This document shows positions 33,971 through 40,972 of a DNA stretch of 40,972 nt, piece after piece. Positions within the stretch are counted from its first letter, which is position 1, and every line of letters starts with the position of its first letter. The stretch is from NCBI GenBank assembly GCA_964016885.1, contig CAXHJY010000717.1:1-40972 (forward strand). Direction: 5' to 3'. The translations under genes and the position numbers were made by a program. The notes under the pieces were generated by a model that made no database searches, was not told where the DNA came from, and saw only the letters and a list, made by a program, of their open reading frames with translations. The DNA comes from Eledone cirrhosa (Eukaryota).

Positions 33971-35134
33971 CACATACTTACACCTTCAATATGTATATAT
34001 ATAGTTTTTATAGCTGAGTATTTTGTATGGTCTGGTGAATGGTAGTTTTTGTTTCAATTCATTTTAATGTTGGTTGTAAAGTTGTATGTGTGTGGAGAGA
34101 GAGCGAGAACCCATGCAGAGACAGATGGGTGGAAGTAAATATGTAGTAATAACAATGACGGTTGCAGTTGAGAAGAAGTAGGAGGTCCCAGCTGGAAAGA
34201 GGGAGAAAGAGATTCACACAGAGGCAGAGAGAAATGTTGCAGTAAACACTATATACAATATGGCTACTAGTTCACTGCAAGCTGAACAGCAGAAATGGTT
34301 ACGTAGACACATAATACGCACCCTGGCGATATACATACATGTTGCTACATACACATTACGTTACACACAGGCTTATAAATACATTACATTAACATACTCT
34401 CACACAGACACAACAGAGTATAGATAATCATCGCATGCATATATTAAACATTTATCGATATATGACTCCACACACAAATCTGTAGATAATCACATGAATA
34501 CATTAGTCACACACACACTACTATATATAATACCCAAGCAGTAAGTGAAATTCTTATAAACACACGTGTCTGTGTGTCAATGTATGGGTGTGTATATATA
34601 TATATATATATATACAAAAGAGCTGTAAACTAGATACATTCAGACATGTGATTGGTGCACAGAAAAAAAAATGAAGTGATATTTCATACAAAAGAATACA
34701 CAACATATTCTGATGAGTCTCACACGCACATAAATACGCAGTGTGAAGAGTTGGTACAAGTACATACAGCCAACAGAGATCTTGCTAGAAATAGAAGCCA
34801 AATTTCCTTTAAGTTATATATCCGACTCTACCTTGAGAAATGACATTGAATAAAATATATTTCACAAAAACGACACATGAATTAAAAGAAAAATTGGTAG
34901 AATGCTTTTGATCAAATGTCTTACTGAATGAGAGCTGACACAGGGTTAAACACATTGCCTCAATACGGATATGAACTAGGTAGATAAACTCATGAAAAAT
35001 ACACAAGCACACTAGATACATATTCTCATACATAGATTAAAATAAAGAAAAAAGCACTACAATTAACATTAATTATTTTTTATGCATCATCGTGTGAAAA
35101 TATATGCCTCGACTTGATACACACACACATTATA

Positions 35135-35179
<45 letters not shown>

Positions 35180-36163
35180 GTCTCTCTCTGTCTGTGTGTG
35201 TGTGTCTGTGTCTGTGTGTGTGTTATGAATCATTAGATACGCTTGAATACACATTTACATACAAATTCTATTATACACACTGGCAAAAATTCAACTTGTC
35301 AATAATTTCACGATATGAATGCAAAAAATTTAGTGGCGAAAAGGGGCGGATGCAGAAATCCGTGAATTTAATCCCAAGTGCACACACAGGGTCAACTGAC
35401 ACCGAATAGTCACTGGAAATTAACTAACAAAACAAAACAGTTGGCCGAGTTAACGGTAGAAATCAAGAAAAAAACAACTTTGATTCTAAACTGAGTGTAA
35501 GAGGTGGTGTGACTATATCGAGAAATGTCTATACTATTATATATATATATATATATATAACATATAGAAAGTGTGTGTGTGTGACTACATTTGCCGACCT
35601 AGAAAGAATTGAGAGTGAGGAAAAGGAAGTATGCAGCTGTAAATAGAGGGAGGGGGTTATCTCACAGTTAGAAAAAAAAATTCATCATCATCCTCACCAT
35701 CATTGCATTAGTAATCATGAAGCGGAGGGGGGAGTAAATTACTCCCCAGCCCTCATTCTTTACTAATTATCCCAGTCGTACCACCCCAAGACTAAGCATT
35801 AGGAAGTGGTGTACGAAGAAATATGTGTATAACGCCATTATATATTGGGGAAGAAGAGGGGTTATTGGAATATTTTCAAACAAAATGTAATCTTTGGAAT
35901 AAAAAATGCAGGATCGTTGCTGCAACCATCTTTTGTACTATATGGTGTCACAGAAAATTGGGTCTTTCGATTTCCTTTAGGTCACATTCATCATCGATAC
36001 ATACATAAAAAAATACACACATATACATACACATATATTGTTATACTTTGGGAGGGTCATGTTGCCAATAGGAAACACACGCACCAGTTCATAACTTCAA
36101 TTTATTATAATAAATTTATAAATTTCCGGTTGGTTGGTTCCACAACCAGATGGTTTATATATT

Positions 36164-36206
36164 GTCAAAGTTCTTTCTTCACACATTCTGTGACCTCTTC
36201 AGTGAC
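36164..36206 (-). ncRNA. Degenerate hammerhead-like motif
   Basis: GTCA-CTGAAGA-GG TCACA GAATG TGTGA A-GAAA-GAAC-TT|TGAC. Stem II closure is imperfect. Confidence 0.4.
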
Positions 36207-36267
36207 TGGGCATTCTTTTCTTTGTTTTTGTCCCTCTCCTTTGTTCTGTCCTACGCCATCTTGTTTT

Positions 36268-40972
<4,705 letters not shown>

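Noticed and set aside
34710-34730. CTGATGAGTC hammerhead-like start
   Set aside because: No stem II or GAAA follows.

Overview
This is eukaryotic, repeat-dominated DNA, most likely cephalopod/octopus-like (inferred from the SINE/LINE repertoire and the kb-long (TA)n tracts, not proven). About half the window is (TA)n microsatellite, and the long YI/IY-repeat ORFs in the supplied track are translation artefacts of it. The islands between the tracts are retroelement fragments: RTE-clade LINEs (one family has a C4HC3 PHD-type finger inside the RT), a CR1/L2-group LINE 3' end, a Penelope-like GIY-YIG fragment, a CRE-like RLE C-terminal fragment, tRNA-type SINEs and fold-back elements. The main unannotated signal is about 23 type I hammerhead-ribozyme (HHR) motifs from roughly 8 sequence families. 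They include an 11-copy, ~468-bp head-to-tail array (12.75-17.80 kb) with one HHR per unit and a compensatory base-pair change in stem II, a 485-nt HHR-to-HHR unit (4.38-5.02 kb), and near-perfect palindromes that put the same HHR on both strands. This looks like a cluster of non-LTR retrozymes or Penelope pseudo-LTRs inserted in TA microsatellites. A block of about 4.5 kb (~17.8-21.4 kb) is tandemly duplicated. No confident host gene was found; there are only two speculative minus-strand exons.
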